Below, piece by piece: positions 47,889-61,000 of a stretch of 64,000 nucleotides of DNA. Position 1 is the stretch's first letter. Every line of letters begins with the position of its first letter. This DNA is from Cyanophora paradoxa CCMP329 (taxonomy: Eukaryota; Plantae; Glaucophyta). The DNA is taken from assembly GCA_004431415.1 (NCBI GenBank), contig QPMI01000005.1, positions 558,001 to 622,000 on the forward strand, read 5' to 3'. The notes under the pieces are model-generated. The model was not told the DNA's origin, made no database searches, and was given only the letters and a program-made list of their open reading frames with translations. The position numbers were made by a program, and so were the translations under genes.

Positions 47889-49928
47889 TTAGAAAACATG
47901 GGCCTTTACAATGTCAGAGTTCCTAAACCAGTTCTCGAGAAGCTGCTTTGCAGGTTCACGCGCGCCGCCTCGGAACGGCACGAGTACGCTCAAAAGAATG
48001 GAAAGCTGTGAAAATTTATCTGCCGGCAATGCGACCAGCTCTTGAAAATGCGCGAGCTCATTCATGATGGCATTGTGGTTCGAAGAAGGCTTACAAAGAA
48101 GAGATAGCCTCCGAAGCCGTGAGCTACAGGAAGCTACCGCTGCGAGGGCCTCGGCTGGGAAAACGCGGTCTAGCTGAAAATCGACAACGGGAGCGGAGGC
48201 CAGGGCGGCCCCAAAAAGCTCGCTAAGGGCCGCCGCGTCCACTGGAGCGGACCCGTCCCCGGCGCGGACGCAAATCTTGCACTCGCCCAGCCCCTTCCCG
48301 GCCAGGGAACCGAGCAGCGCCGCGCTGGCGCGCAGGAGCCCCGCGCCGCCGTCGGCCGCTCCGGAGATGTCGAACCCGAGCTTCAGCTCCTTCAGCCGCT
48401 CCAGGCGGCCCAGGGCGGGCAGGAGGGCGGCGCAGTCCGGGCCGACCTGCGCGGGGGATCAGGTCAGCAGACAGACGACGCAGAGGGACAAGGAGGCGCA
48501 AACCGGGATGGAAAGGGCTTCGAGGGAGGTACAGCGCAGCACGGACGCGAGGCACTGAGCGTTGAGAGAAGCAATAACCTCACTTTTGAGGAAGTAGTCA
48601 TCGTCGTTCAGGATGAGCTTGCGCAGCTTCGCGCCGGACGGGCCAGCGGCAATGGCGGCGAGCGCCTCCGCGACGTCCTCCTCGGAATCGAGGACGAGGA
48701 CCTCGAGCTCCTCCAGGTGCTCAAGGTTCGCGATCTCCTGCAGGGCCGCATCGTCCTCGACGTCGATGCACACCGAGCGCAGCTCCGGGAATGCCGCCAC
48801 CAGGCGGGCCTGCGGGGCGACGGGCAGTGAGAACGCGACTATCCATGAGAAGCGAGCGCAGGCACGACTTTCGACGTGATCCGTCGACAATGCAATGTAC
48901 TCTTCGCAAGTAAAGTGATCGGTCTGATAGGCCTTGAACTCCCGGAGCGATGGCATGCAGCCTGAGCGCGACGTAAGCCGGTGGCTATAATGCGAGCGAG
49001 CCGGAACGAACCGCGCTGCAAGACGGAGGCGAGCGCCTCTACAAAACGAGAACATGAGACCCTGATCGTCTTGACGCGCGCTGGCGCAAGGGCCGACAGG
49101 AACCAGCCCGCGGCGTGAGCCAGGGTCAAAGACTCGTTCGCCCCGAGCTCCTCGTCGTCCCACCATTCGCAGTTCGCGTCGAAGTTCACGGAATCGGGCG
49201 GAACCGCAGCTGTGGAGGCAGTAGAGAGCAAACCTGCGTGTGCGGATGAGGGACAGAAGGAACAGGCTCAAGCGGGCCGCACCGATGATGCACTCCGCAT
49301 TGCGTCGGGCGTGCTGCATCAGCACGTCGTGGACGGCTCTGCCTGTAGAGTTGGTCAAGGATACGGGAACTACGTTCTCGACGAAGATCTGCTTCGCGCC
49401 ACGGATCTGCTGCTGCTGGCCAAGCTTCTGCAGCAGGCGCTCGAGCTGTTGCTGCTGCTTCACATCGTTGGCAGTGACCTCGCCCGCGTCGGCCTTGCTG
49501 CACAAGAGCGCAAGTTTCTTCCGGGCGGCCGCGGCGTCGCGCCCACGCTGCAGGCGCTCTTTGAAACGCTTCAGCTGCTTTTCAAAGCTTGCCGACCGCC
49601 GTACGGCATACTTGATGTTCTCGTTATCGCGGTAGTTTTCATTATCATCGCTATCGCTTGGGATATGGCTGCGAGATGCGTCTATGCTGATGCTCTTCCA
49701 GAGAACGCCAGGCAGCAGCTGCCGAAACCGCCGATCTACGGCCCACAGCATCGATTCCTCGTACGCATCCAAGGCATCGAGGTTGCTGAAGATCTTCTGC
49801 ACTACGTCGTCCGGCAGGCGCTCGAAAGGATTCAAATCATGTTGCCCACTGGCGGCAACCGAAGGGCTGGTCGCGTTGCTGGAGGGCTCCTCCTTGCGGC
49901 TGCGCTTCGCTGCTCGCTCCCGGGCCAT
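47889..49928 (-). CDS. F-box/LRR-like protein, copy 5 (most diverged; Q-rich insertion)
   Basis: MARERAAKRSRKEEPSS...NPFERLPDDVVQKIFSNLD; ends ...NWFRNSDIVKAHVF*. Confidence 0.8.
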
Positions 49929-49995
49929 CGCCGGCGATATTCGGCGATTCTGCTCTGAACTTGCGCGGGGTCCACTCCTGGCGGGGCAGTTCTCG

Positions 49996-51530
49996 ATGGC
50001 GAGCTTCGCGTGCACAGCGCCGGCTCCGGCCGACCGCCTGGACCGCGGCGCGTTCTTCGGCAGCAGGAGATGCATAATAGCGCGCGAGCGGCGACCAGCT
50101 AGGCCACAGCCAACGCGAACGCGGTGAATCTCGCCGATCTCAATCAGCGGCCGCGGCCGACGCGAGGCGCAGGTTCGAGGCGGCTGCGAGCGCGAGCGAG
50201 GACCCCTACGAGGGGCAGCGGACGGGCGAGGCGCGGCAGGACCTCTTCAACCGCATCGCACCTGTGCGGACCCGAGCGGCCCGCGGCCGGCGCGGGGCGA
50301 GGGCTGCTGACGAGCGCGCGCAGAGCTACGACCTGCTCAACAGCGTCCTCTCGTTCGGCGCGCCCGCCGCCACCCGCTCGCTGCCCTCCGCTATCTGACC
50401 CGCCGCACCCGCAGGCCAGCACGCAGTCTGGTGCCTTTCGAGAGGCGGCGCGTTCCTATCCGCGCGCAGCTAAGGCACGCGCGCCGCAGGAAGCGGACGG
50501 CGGTGTATTGGAGCAAGGCGAAGGAGGGCGACCAGGTCATCGATCTGTGCTGCGGGTCCGCCGCCACTTTCCCCTCCGCCCTCTGCCCTGCCCGCCGCGC
50601 GCGCCGACGCCGACGCCGGCGGTCGCTCGCGCAGGAGCGGCGACATCGCTCAGATCCTGGGGCGCAAGGTCCGGCCGGCGGCGGCCCCGTACCCCTTCCC
50701 GGCGTCCACCGGGGTACCGGCGCAGGTGGGGACGACGGGCAAGGTGATCGGGGCGGACTTCGCGTGCGCGCAGCTCGACATCGCGCGCGAGAAGTGCAAC
50801 AAGGACCGCTCCCTGCGGGGGGTACCCTTCGAGTGGGTCCAGGTGCGGGTACCCCCCTCGTAGCCCCCACGCGCGACGCTCATGCTTCGCCTCGCAGGCC
50901 GATGTGCTTCAGCTCCCGTTCGATGGTGGGCCGATCCTGTACCCCTCCCCTGCCGCCCGCCCTCATCCGTACCCCGCCCAGACGAGAGCTTCGACGCGGC
51001 GACGATGGGGTACGGCCTGCGCAACGTCACCGACATCTCGAAGTGCTTCACCGAGCTGCGGTACCCCCTTCTTCCCGCGAGCCATCGCGTACCCCCCGGG
51101 CGAGCTCTCGGCCCGCAGACGGGTACTGAAGCCCGGAGCTTACGCGACGATCCTGGACTTCAACAAGCCGAACAGCCCCGCCTCCGCAGCCTTCCAGGCC
51201 CGCCCCGTACCCCCCCAGACCAGCCGCTTCCCCTGCCCCCGGCTTGAGCCCGTACCCCGCCCCCGCCCCCTGCAGAAACTGTACCTGGACGGCATCGTCG
51301 TACCCGTCGCCTCGCGCTTCGGGCTTCGGGACGAGTACGCGTACATCTTCAAGAGGTGCGGCTCCTCCCTCCTCACCCCACCTCCCCCAACTAACCCGTA
51401 CCCCCCCAGCCTGGAGGAGTTCGCGTCGGGGGAGGAGCAGGCGGCGCTGGCGCGGGCGGCGGGCTTCCGCTACGCCTCCTTCCGCCCCATCTTCTTCGGC
51501 CTCATGGGCGTCCTCGTCCTCCGCAAGTGA
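49996..51530 (+). CDS. menG: 2-phytyl-1,4-naphthoquinone methyltransferase (UbiE/MenG family), plastid-targeted
   Basis: MASFACTAP transit-like start; RQDLFNRIAP/SYDLLNSVLSFG/QH..W/KR; DLCCG/SGD; FDAATMGYGLRNV; RVLKPG...ILDFNK; EYAYI; FFGLMGVLV. Confidence 0.9.
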
Positions 51531-52238
51531 GGCCGGCCCGGCCTGGCTCGGGCGGCCTCCCGAAAGGGCCAGCTACAGCTTTCTGAGCCCGCGACTTGTC
51601 TCTGGATCTACAGGTAGGAGCTAGTCGCTGTGTATTCTTCAAGGCTTGAAGAACATGCAGAAAGGCCCAAAACAAGCGCACGCGAACTGCAACTAGCTAA
51701 AAGAGCGACTGCAACTGGCTCTCGAGCTCAGTCACTGAAAGCAGAGCTCTATCTAGATCTAGATGCACGCGCATCTGTCTTTGAGTTCAAATGCCTCGTG
51801 ATCAAATGCAAGTTTCAAGTTTCAATAAATCTCTCTCAATGAAATAGAAACGATGTAAGCAAAAAGGATGTACATTCGCAAACTGAAATCTAGAGCTCGA
51901 TCCTGAAGAGAACCGATCAAGCTAAAGAATTTGCAATTGCAGCAAACAAGTATTATGCAGTCGAGGGCCCGCGCTGGTGAGCGTGGGCCCGCCCAATGAA
52001 AGAAAGAGAATCCCTACCCTCCTATGCAGCCTGGCAATGTCCCTACGATAATTTACAGTCCGACGGTCGGCCGCGCGGCCGAGGGCGGCGCGCCGCGGAA
52101 CGGGAACTGGAAGCTCTACATCTGCTCTACATCTGCGGCCGCGCGTCAGCTAGTTCGCGGCGAGGCGAGGCGGGGCGAGGCAAGGCGAGGCGAGGCGCGG
52201 CGCGGCGGCTTCGCACCAAATCTCTAACAGATGATCTT

Positions 52239-53269
52239 TCAAGGCCAGATCGGGGGCGGAATGGCGTCCGGGAGTGCCGGGTGTGGCACGTACTCCGGAT
52301 CCCTGAGCCGACGTTCATAGGGGTACGCATTCGCCGGGCCGGGGTACTGCGCTGGGGCGCACCTGTAGGCCTCGAGGTCGGCGCGGAGGCGCTCGCCGTC
52401 TGTACCCGTGTACTTGTCGACGACGAGCCCGTCCTTGATGTAGACGAAGGTGGGCAGATGCGTGACCCGGAACCTGTAGGGCAGCTCCTGCGCGTGCGTG
52501 GGCGCGCCCGTCAGCAACGCCGCCAAGTTGTGCCCGAACGGGCGGGCGGCTTGCTCTGAAATTCAATGCGCAGCGCTAGCGCGCGTCGCACCGGGACTTC
52601 GTTACCGTCCACCTTGACGAAGGATACGTCTTCGAACTCGCCGGCGAGCCGCTCGAACTTGCGCTGCGATCAAAAGTTCTGTGGGCACGCGGCGCGCGGC
52701 GCGCGGCGGCGGCGCATGCAGAGGCGGCGGAGGGGACCGCGGACCGCGAAGTTCTTGCAAGAGCGGCAGGCGCGGGAGTAGAACTTCGCTACGATCACCC
52801 GCCGGTCCTCGGCGGTAGTCTGGATCAGAGAGTCGAACTCTGCGGGCCGGGCGCGCGGGCCGGGTAGGGTCAAGAGCCGCGACGACAGCGCCACCGCGAA
52901 AGCGGCGAGGGCGGAGTACAGACCGTCGCTCGATGTTACGTGCAGAGGAGCATTCGGCACAGAATCCTCAAGCGTGTCGGTGGTCATGGGCGCGATGGAG
53001 GTTGCATGGGCCGGAGCAAAGGTCGCGACGGGCGGCTCGGGAGCGGCGGAGGGCTGCCAACGCTGAATTCGGACTCCAAAGAACTCGCTTTGATGATCGG
53101 GCGCCGCTGCAAAGGCCGAGGTAGCGTGCTTGTGTCTGGTCTTGAATTGATCGCTCGATTGAGATCCAATCTGACGGGCCTGGTGCCGCCGGCCGAGGGG
53201 GGCGCTGTGGTGCGACGAGCGTGTGTCGTTGAGAGTGAGGAGACCGATAGCGAACGACGTCTGCTGCAT
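52239..53269 (-). CDS. Atypical thioredoxin-like protein (CRSC), probably plastid-targeted
   Basis: VIVAKFYSRACRSCKNFA/RKFERLAGEFEDVSFVKVD...FRVTHLPTFVYIKDG; long Ser/Arg/Ala-rich N-terminal extension. Confidence 0.8.
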
Positions 53270-53433
53270 TTTGGCGGGTCGGGTCACGGCTCGACAATAG
53301 TGGGCGGTCGGGTCGCCGTTTGCAGCCACAGTCTGCCGAGAGCGAGCAAATGAATCAGAATGGGCGACGGAGTGAACATACGCGCCGAACGAACCAAATC
53401 AACGAAGTCGAAGGCGAGAGTTCGCAAGGCTGG

Positions 53434-56400
53434 ATGGCTCGCGGCAGGCTCGGCTCGGAATGCGTTACTGCTTTGCTCCTCAGCGTGCCTGAGCTGCTCG
53501 CTGCGTGCCCGGGCTGCTGCTCGGTGAGTTTCGTGCTGCCCGCCGGGTACGCAAACACCTTGCAGACCGGGTATAGGGCAATGAAGCGAACACCAAGCGA
53601 CCCCGCGGCCCTGTACGATCGGCTCCTGCGGCGCGGCGATGTGGTGGCGCGCGCGGGGGCAGCGCTCCTCGGCTTCGCCTGTGCTCACGTCCTCTCTACT
53701 TCGGTCTCTCCTCGCCTCGCGCTGCGCATGTGCGCGGCGCACGAGGGAGACCTCGCTGCAGGTGTTCATATTCGTGCTGGGCGTGTTTGTTTGGCAGAGC
53801 TGGCCGCGGCTCGAGGAAGAGGACGTCGAGCAGGATGAGCCGTCGCGCGTGCCGCCTTTCGCAGCCAAGGGCGGCCCGCTCCCCGATCGAACAGAGACGG
53901 ACAGCCTGATCGAGGCCATGGCCAACACGGCGATCGACAAGGCGAGCGCTAGCCTCGCGGGCGCTGTTTCGCCGCATGCGCTGACCGCCCGCAGGTCTGG
54001 CGCCGGTACCAGACGGTCAGCCGGGAGCCCGCACCGTGCAGATTTGATCCCAGCGGCTCGCGCAGGAGCTGGGGCACCAGGCGCGGATCCGACTCGACCC
54101 GCTGGCGCGAAAAATGAAGGTCGCATTCTCGAATAGATCGCTTGCGGGCCCCGAGGCCGCGCGCGCGACGCCCCGCGCGCAGCCGCCTTGGTTCCAGGAC
54201 GCATCTTGCCGCATCGCGACGTTCGGGCCGGCCCCTCCGATTCTCTTCAACTTCCGTCTCGTGCCGCAGAGCCCCCCCGACAAGCTGGCGCGCGCGCCGG
54301 CCCCAGCGCCCCGCACGCCGCCGCCCCGCGCGCCCTTCCTTTCCCAGACCTCCTTTTGCAGGAGCTTGATTTCGATGTGGACTACCGCGGGGCCGCGCGG
54401 TTCGTGTTGACGGGTACTGTCGTCCGACTCTCCCTCGAGGTCCGGGGCCCGCCCCCGCGCGCGCCGCGGCCCGGTCCCGTGCCCCCCTCCTGACTCCGTG
54501 CCCCCCGCAGGTCACGGTACCGGTGCTCGTGCTGTTCCGGAGCCTGCGGGGCCGGGCGCGGTTCCGGTACCATCTCGGCCCCGACGGGCGGCGCGGGCCG
54601 GCGTGGCTCACCTTCCTCGAGTGCGCCCGTACCCCCCCCCGCTTATTTTAAGCTCACGTACCCCCAGGAAGCCGGAGCTGCAGTACGAGGTCCGGCCCCT
54701 CGCCGCCGTCGACCTGATGAGCGTACCCATCCTCTCCGCTTGGTGCGCGCGTTCGCCAGCCAGCCCCCGCCTTCAAGATTCGATCCCGATTCGTTGGCGG
54801 CTCAAGGCTACCGCCAGGATGCGGACGCAGATCCTCCGCGTGGCTCGGAAGCGCCTCGTCTGGCCCGCGTGGCGGCCGGTCTACGGCCTGCACGCCATGA
54901 AGGAGCGTGCGCGCCGTACCCCCCCCCTCCTCCCCCCCCCTCAACTCCCGCCCGCCCATCCCCTCCTGAATTGATCGTGCTCGCGCGCGCGATTTGCAGT
55001 GGGCCTCTCGGAGAACGGGGGCGAGTCGGGGGCCCCGCCCCGCTTCCTGGGGTACCTCGTCGCCACCGCCGTCGAGGCGCGCTCGTACCCCCTCCCGCTC
55101 CCCCCCCCTTCAATCCTCCGTCTCTGCTTCCTCCCGAGTCCCCCTCACCTCCCCTTGTGCCCCCCTTCCCATTCCTTTCGTCTTTCCGCTCGCTCGCTTG
55201 CCTCCTGATCCTCCCGCGCGTACCCCCTCCCGCTTCTTCCCCCCCTTTTCTGCTTCCTCCCGCCCCCTCCCGGCCCGCCCCTTCCTTTCTTCGTTCCTGC
55301 TTGTCCGCTCGCTTCCTCACCTCCCCCGGCCAGGCTCGAGGCCTCCGGGGCGCCGACATCGCCGGTCCGCGCGCTTTTCTGAGGCGGACGACGCCGGCCG
55401 ACCCCGCGCCCCCTCTGACAGCGCCCCGCAGGGCGCACGAACCCGCGCTGCGCCCTTCGCTGCGGCCGCCAGAAGTTCGTCACGCGGGTACCGGCCCCCT
55501 TCCCCGCCCGTCCCGGTCGTCTCCGTCGTCGTGTACCCCTGCCGGCCATCTGATTCGTATCCCCGCAGCCCGTCCACGACTCGCGGGAGCCGCGCTGGCT
55601 CGAGAGCTGTGCGTACCCCCCGCGCGCCCCCCCCCCCCCCCCCCGCGCCCCGCATTTCTCTCACCCGCGTACCCCCCGCCAGGTGTTTTCGACCTGACGG
55701 ACCAGCACCCCCCCTGGGAGCTGGCCGCCGGCGAGCCCGACGACGGTACCCGTCGCGCGTGGCCTCTGGACCTCTACGCGACCGTCGTCGTGCGCCGTAC
55801 CCCCCACCAGGGCGCCCCAGCCAGCGACCGTACCCCCGGCCCGCAGGACCACGGCCACGCGACGCCCAGCAACTTCTTGGGGTAAACCTTTGCCTGCACG
55901 ACTGCACATGTACCCCGCTGCCACCGTGACGAGCCTTCGCAGGGCCGCGGAAGTGGACCTCGGGGAGTTGAAGCCGGGCCAGCCCGTCGATCGCTGGTAC
56001 CCCCTCGTCGACCTGCCCCCCGGCGAGGCGCGCCGGGCTCCTTTTCCCCCCCCAATCCGCTCCGCGTCAAAGTTCACGTACCCCCCTCAGCTCCGGCTGC
56101 GCCTGGAGCTCGTCCCCCTGGGCTCCCCTCTACCCCCCCGATGTCCGTCGCCCCCCTCCCCCTTCCGCGCTCGCCTCAGAATTGACGTACCCCCGTCAGG
56201 CCCGAGGGCGGAGGACACGGGGAGGGAAGAGAGCGAGCTGGTGTACATGGCACGATACGACATGGCCGGATCCACGAGTGCCCCCCTCCCGATTCCCCCC
56301 TCTCCCGATTCGATCTTATCTGGATTCGATGCAGAGAGACGGGTACGGCTCGTCAAGGAGCTGTTGAAGGTCGGGCGGCGCCTCTTCTACAGGATGGCCG

Positions 56401-56640
56401 CCAGCGTCGACCCGCAGGTGCGTGGGGGTACGCGCTCGGGGGAGGGGGGTACGCCCTCGCGCGGGTCTGATGGGGGCGCGTCAGAAGCTGAAGCGGGGGG
56501 CGTGCGAACAAGACGCGCCTGGTCCGGGCCTGGGGTTCCTTGAACTGGGCCCGCAGGCGCCCGACGGCGGCGGCGGCGGCGGCGGCGGCTCGGACGGGGC
56601 TCCCAGCGGCTCCCGCCCCTCGTTGCGGGCGTCGACGTAG
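53434..56640 (+). CDS. Synaptotagmin/tricalbin-like membrane contact protein (TM-SMP-C2), multi-exon
   Basis: Hydrophobic VFIFVLGVFVW. SMP-like PPWFQDASCRIATFGPAPPIL/ELDFDVDYRG/WLTFLE/KPELQYEV/DLMSVPILSAW/LVWP. C2-like GYLVATAVEARGL...NFLG/AEVDLGEL...DRWYPL...GE/LRLRL. Confidence 0.7.
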
Positions 56641-56897
56641 GGCCACGCAATTTCATTTCGCACAGTATATGCCTAAATTCCTGCCTGAAAAACGTAGAGA
56701 GAGTACTAGCTAGAGCGAGCGACTCTGGCCGGTCGGCTAGAGTGCAGCCAGCTGCCTGCAGCTGCAACTGTCTGTCTGTGTGGGTAGGAGAAGAGCGCCG
56801 GAGTAAAGAGGGCGCGGGAAGGTGCAACGGGGCGAAAGCTTGGGGCGGGAAAGAACGAGGAGGCGACGGGAGAGACGGGCCGGAGCGCGGCTACGGC

Positions 56898-57680
56898 TTA
56901 GGGTACGGCTTTGGCTTGGAGGAGGACAGAGGCGCGCGAGGGGCGGCGAGGGGACAGGCTGCGCATGGTCGCAGCGGCCGCGGCCGCCGGGAAAGCTCGG
57001 GACGCGGGTCGCGTCCGCGTCAGCTGCTGCCCTGCTGCTGCTGCTGCTGCGCGAGCTGCTGCTCCTGCAGGCGCCTCTTCTCGAGCTCCTGTCTTCTCCA
57101 GGCCTCGCGCTGCATGTCCCGGATGACGCCCTGGTGCATCCGCTGCGCGCGCGTCACGGCCAAGCGCCGGAGCGGCAGCGTCCGCGGCGGGCGGCGGCTC
57201 GACGAACCTCTCGGTCCGCCTTCTGGCTGACGTGAACGTACCAGACGATAGCTGCGGCAGGGGATCACTCGCGGCGCGGATGGCGTGGCGCGTGCGGCGA
57301 GGCGCACCGGTGCAAGCCAGGCCGCACAGAGCGGCGCCGGCATACATCCTCCGCTTCGAGATGGGGAACACGACGTGGTCCGGCGGCGGCGGCATTGCGC
57401 GGGCTTGCGGTCCTGTGCGCGAAGTCGTACCCGGACACCGGGGTTGGCTTCAGCCCCGGGTACCGGCAGAGTGGTTGAAAGAAAAGTCCTCTATCGCCTC
57501 AACTTGAGCGGGTAAACGCGGCTGGGTACCGTGACTAACCGTAACTAGTAAGCGGAGCGAGCTCGAGCTCTCTGCAGGCTGCAGCTCATCGGGTCCGCGC
57601 AAGCCTGACGTCGACCCTGTAGACTGTAGGAGGCGCTTAAGCTTCTGCATCGATATGCCGGCGGCGCCCGGCGCGGGCAT
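56898..57680 (-). CDS. Small hypothetical protein with a charged/Q-rich coiled coil
   Basis: Putative exons MPAPGAAGISMQKLKRLLQSTG / VEAIEDFSFNHS / PDHVVFPISKRR / ...REAWRRQELEKRRLQEQQLAQQQ; boundaries uncertain. Confidence 0.35.
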
Positions 57681-58091
57681 GCTCTGCTGATGATGCGCAT
57701 GCGCAGTGACTCTTAGGCTCTTCTAGCGTCAACTTGGAGGCTTAAGTTGGAGCTAGTAACGATATCTCAGAGTCGAGTAACGCCGGTCGGGCGAGCCTTG
57801 GAGCGCGCGGCGCGCCGAGCTCGAAGATTTGTCCGGCTGCCGCGCAGTCCGACGGTCGCGCCCGGCGGCCCTCCGAGACTCCGATCGCGCGAGCGGCTCC
57901 CCCGCGACCGGGCCGGGAGGTCCGACGGTCACTGCAGCTGGGCCAGATCTCAGCTGGCAGAGCGTATACGTAGATATCGCGAAGCTGCAGCTGCAGGGCG
58001 CCTCATGATCAGGCCGCCTAGGCCTCAGGGCCTGCAGCTGCATGCGCAGCTGAACCGGGCCGCAGGCTTATAATAGATAGCTTGAAATATA

Positions 58092-61000
58092 ATGCCCTCC
58101 GCTCCCTACAGCACCATGGCCATCGCGAGCGTGTCCGCGCTGGACGCCGATCGCGACAGGCTGCATCTCTCGCCCAGCGACGCCGCCGACTTTGAGCGGC
58201 TCCAGGCGCTCGAGCAGGCGGCGTTCGGGCCGGGGGGCCCAGCTGCAGGATCGCTGGCGCCCCCCAAGCTGAAGAAGAAGCGCTCGAGCCTGTCCGCGCT
58301 GCACCTGCGGAACATTTTCCAGGCGAGCTCGGGCCAGCCCCGGTGATATACATCAGGAGGCGACGCCAAATGCCTCCGGCCCTAGTCTAAGCGTTCGCGT
58401 GCGCATACGCAGCCTCGCACATGGCAGCTTGTCAACAACAACCGGCGGGCGAGCGCCGCGGTCCTGGCCGGCCTGGAGGTGCACCCCGCCGTCGAGAAGA
58501 ACGGGCCCATCATCGGGTGGCTCCAGCAGTACCTCTCGCCCCACGCGCCCTTCCGCACCGTGTGAGTAAATACTATTCACGTAACTTATCTGCTGCGCGT
58601 TCGGACCTTGAATTAATAAATTCGCGCCCGCCCCGCCCCACATTCCGGTCTGGCCCGCAGGTGGGGCATCCTAATGGCTATCTGCATCCTGTACAGGTGA
58701 GCCCCGCGGCCCGCGCGCACGACACTTGTGTATACGTCGCCCCGCCGCGGGCCTTAGGCCTGCAGCTGCCCTTTTGGCTCCCTCTTGAAACCTAGGAACG
58801 CCCCCTCCCCCCCCCCCCCTCCCCCAAACGTGCACCCCCCTCATCCCTTCCCCCGGTCCCCCCCCCCTCCCACCGCTCCGGATCGATATCCCTCCCCCAG
58901 ATGCACGTGCACCCCTTCTCCCAGCCCTTCCCCCTAGGCCTCTTTCCTCCCCTCCCCTAGGCCTACGCACCCCGGGCAAGGCCCGGCCCCAACCCCTCGA
59001 ATCGACACCCTCCCCCCCCCCACCCCACCCCCACCCACCCCCACCTTCCCTCCGGATCTGGATCCCTCCTCCTCCTCCTCCTCCCCCAGCCCACTACATA
59101 CGCCTCCCGGCTCCCTCCCTTCTGAAAAACACGTCCGGTCCCCCGCCCCCAGCATTGCGATGGTTCCATTCGCTTCGGCGTTCGACTACTACGCCCATCG
59201 GTGAGAGCGCCGCGCATTTTCAGCTTATAATTAATTAGCTTCGCTTTGCTTAAGCTTCAGCTTTGTCTTTGAAATTAGAATATTTAATGCATGCGCAGCT
59301 CTGATATCGATCATTAACGGGGCGGGGCGGGGCAGGCCGGGCGGCCTGGTTGTATGGGACCTGATGGTCGACATCGCTTTCCTCATTGACGTCGCCCGTG
59401 CGCTTTCAACAGTTTCGACCGACTCGCTCTTTCACTTTTAAGAACGCTTAAATTTACTTATCCGCTCCGGATCCGGATCCGATCCGGGACACGGGGCCGG
59501 GCCGGGGTACAGTTCACTTCGTGTTCCCGTACGAGGACCGCAGCGCGAAGGTCACCCGCCTTGAGTACTCCCTCCGCCCCATCGGTACCCCCCCCCCCTT
59601 CCGAAGGCCTTCGAATATTAATTCTCCGCCACCCTAGCCCCCCCCCCTCCCCCCCCCCCCCCCCCACCCCTTTTTCCCCCACCCGGGGCCGACGCGGCGC
59701 CGGCAGCGCGGCGCTACGCCCTCGCGTGGTTCTTCCCCGACATCGTCTCCTCCATCCCCGTGCGCCTCTACGAGGCAGCATTCTATGAGTTCACTTGCGC
59801 TCGAGCCTCGGAGTTCGCACGGCGTTATATATAATATAAAATATTAACGCTGCACGCTCGTGATCGCGCTGACCCGCCCCCTCCCCCCCCCGCCCCCCCC
59901 CCCCCCCCCCACACACACACCCTTCCACGCTCGCGCGTTCGAACATCACCACTGCATCCCTGATCCGCCCCGCGCCACACCACGCAAGATCGACCTCATT
60001 CGCTTGGACGAGCAGCAGACGGGCGTGATCCGCATCATAAAAATCTTCAGGTGCTGCAGTGCCGCCCCCCCGAATCCAACAAATTAAATAAACCAAACGC
60101 GTTGCCACGTTGTGCTTTGTGCTCACTTGTTTTAAGGCTGCTTCGCTTCGCTCGGGTCTTGAGGCTCAAACGCCTGCTGGACCATATCGCAAAGGGCCGC
60201 CTGGTTCGTTTCTTTATATGGCCGCCCGCTGAATATTAATCAGTGACGTGGGCTCGTTTGACCGCATACGTTAACGATATCCTCCGGATCCCCGCGCGCA
60301 CAGGTCTCCCAGATGGAGTCCCGGGTGCACCTGTACCCCGGCACTGGACGCCTCCTCTTCCTCCTTATCTGGATCGGCCTGATCGCCCATTGGTTCTGCT
60401 GCTTTCAGGTAAAACAAAGCTCTCTGAATCTCCATCCCCCTCCTTTCTCTCCGCCCCCTCTGCCCCGGGCCGCCCTCCCGCCCCCCCGGGGCCCGCCCCC
60501 CCTCCCCTCCACCCCCCTTCCCCCCCCCCCCCCCCCCCGCCCCCCTTCGCCAACCCCCACCCGTCCAGTTCTTCGTCTCCTCGTTCGACGGCTTCGATCC
60601 GCATTCATGGTACCCTTCAAGAAAAACCTCTACCGCAAATTAAACCTTCTACCCCCTACTCACCCAGCCACGTGCCTTCCCCTCGCACAGGGTCGTGACG
60701 CACGGGTTGGACAAGGCTCACGTATCGGAGCAGTACCTGAACTGGTACCCCCGCCGCGCCGCGCGCCCGCCTATCGATAGGCTTGCAATTGCGCATGCGC
60801 CCCGTCGCTCACGTTCACGTGCACGTCTTAGCTTGTACTGGGTCCTGGTGCGCCCTTACCCCCACACCCCCATGGCCTGTGCCCTGCGTGCAATTACTTG
60901 ACCCCGCGGCCGCCGGCCCCGGTCCTTTCGGCAGACAACGCTGGCCACTGTCGGTGCGTCCCCTTTCTCGGACCCCTCGCCGCATCTCCCGCCCGGCCGA

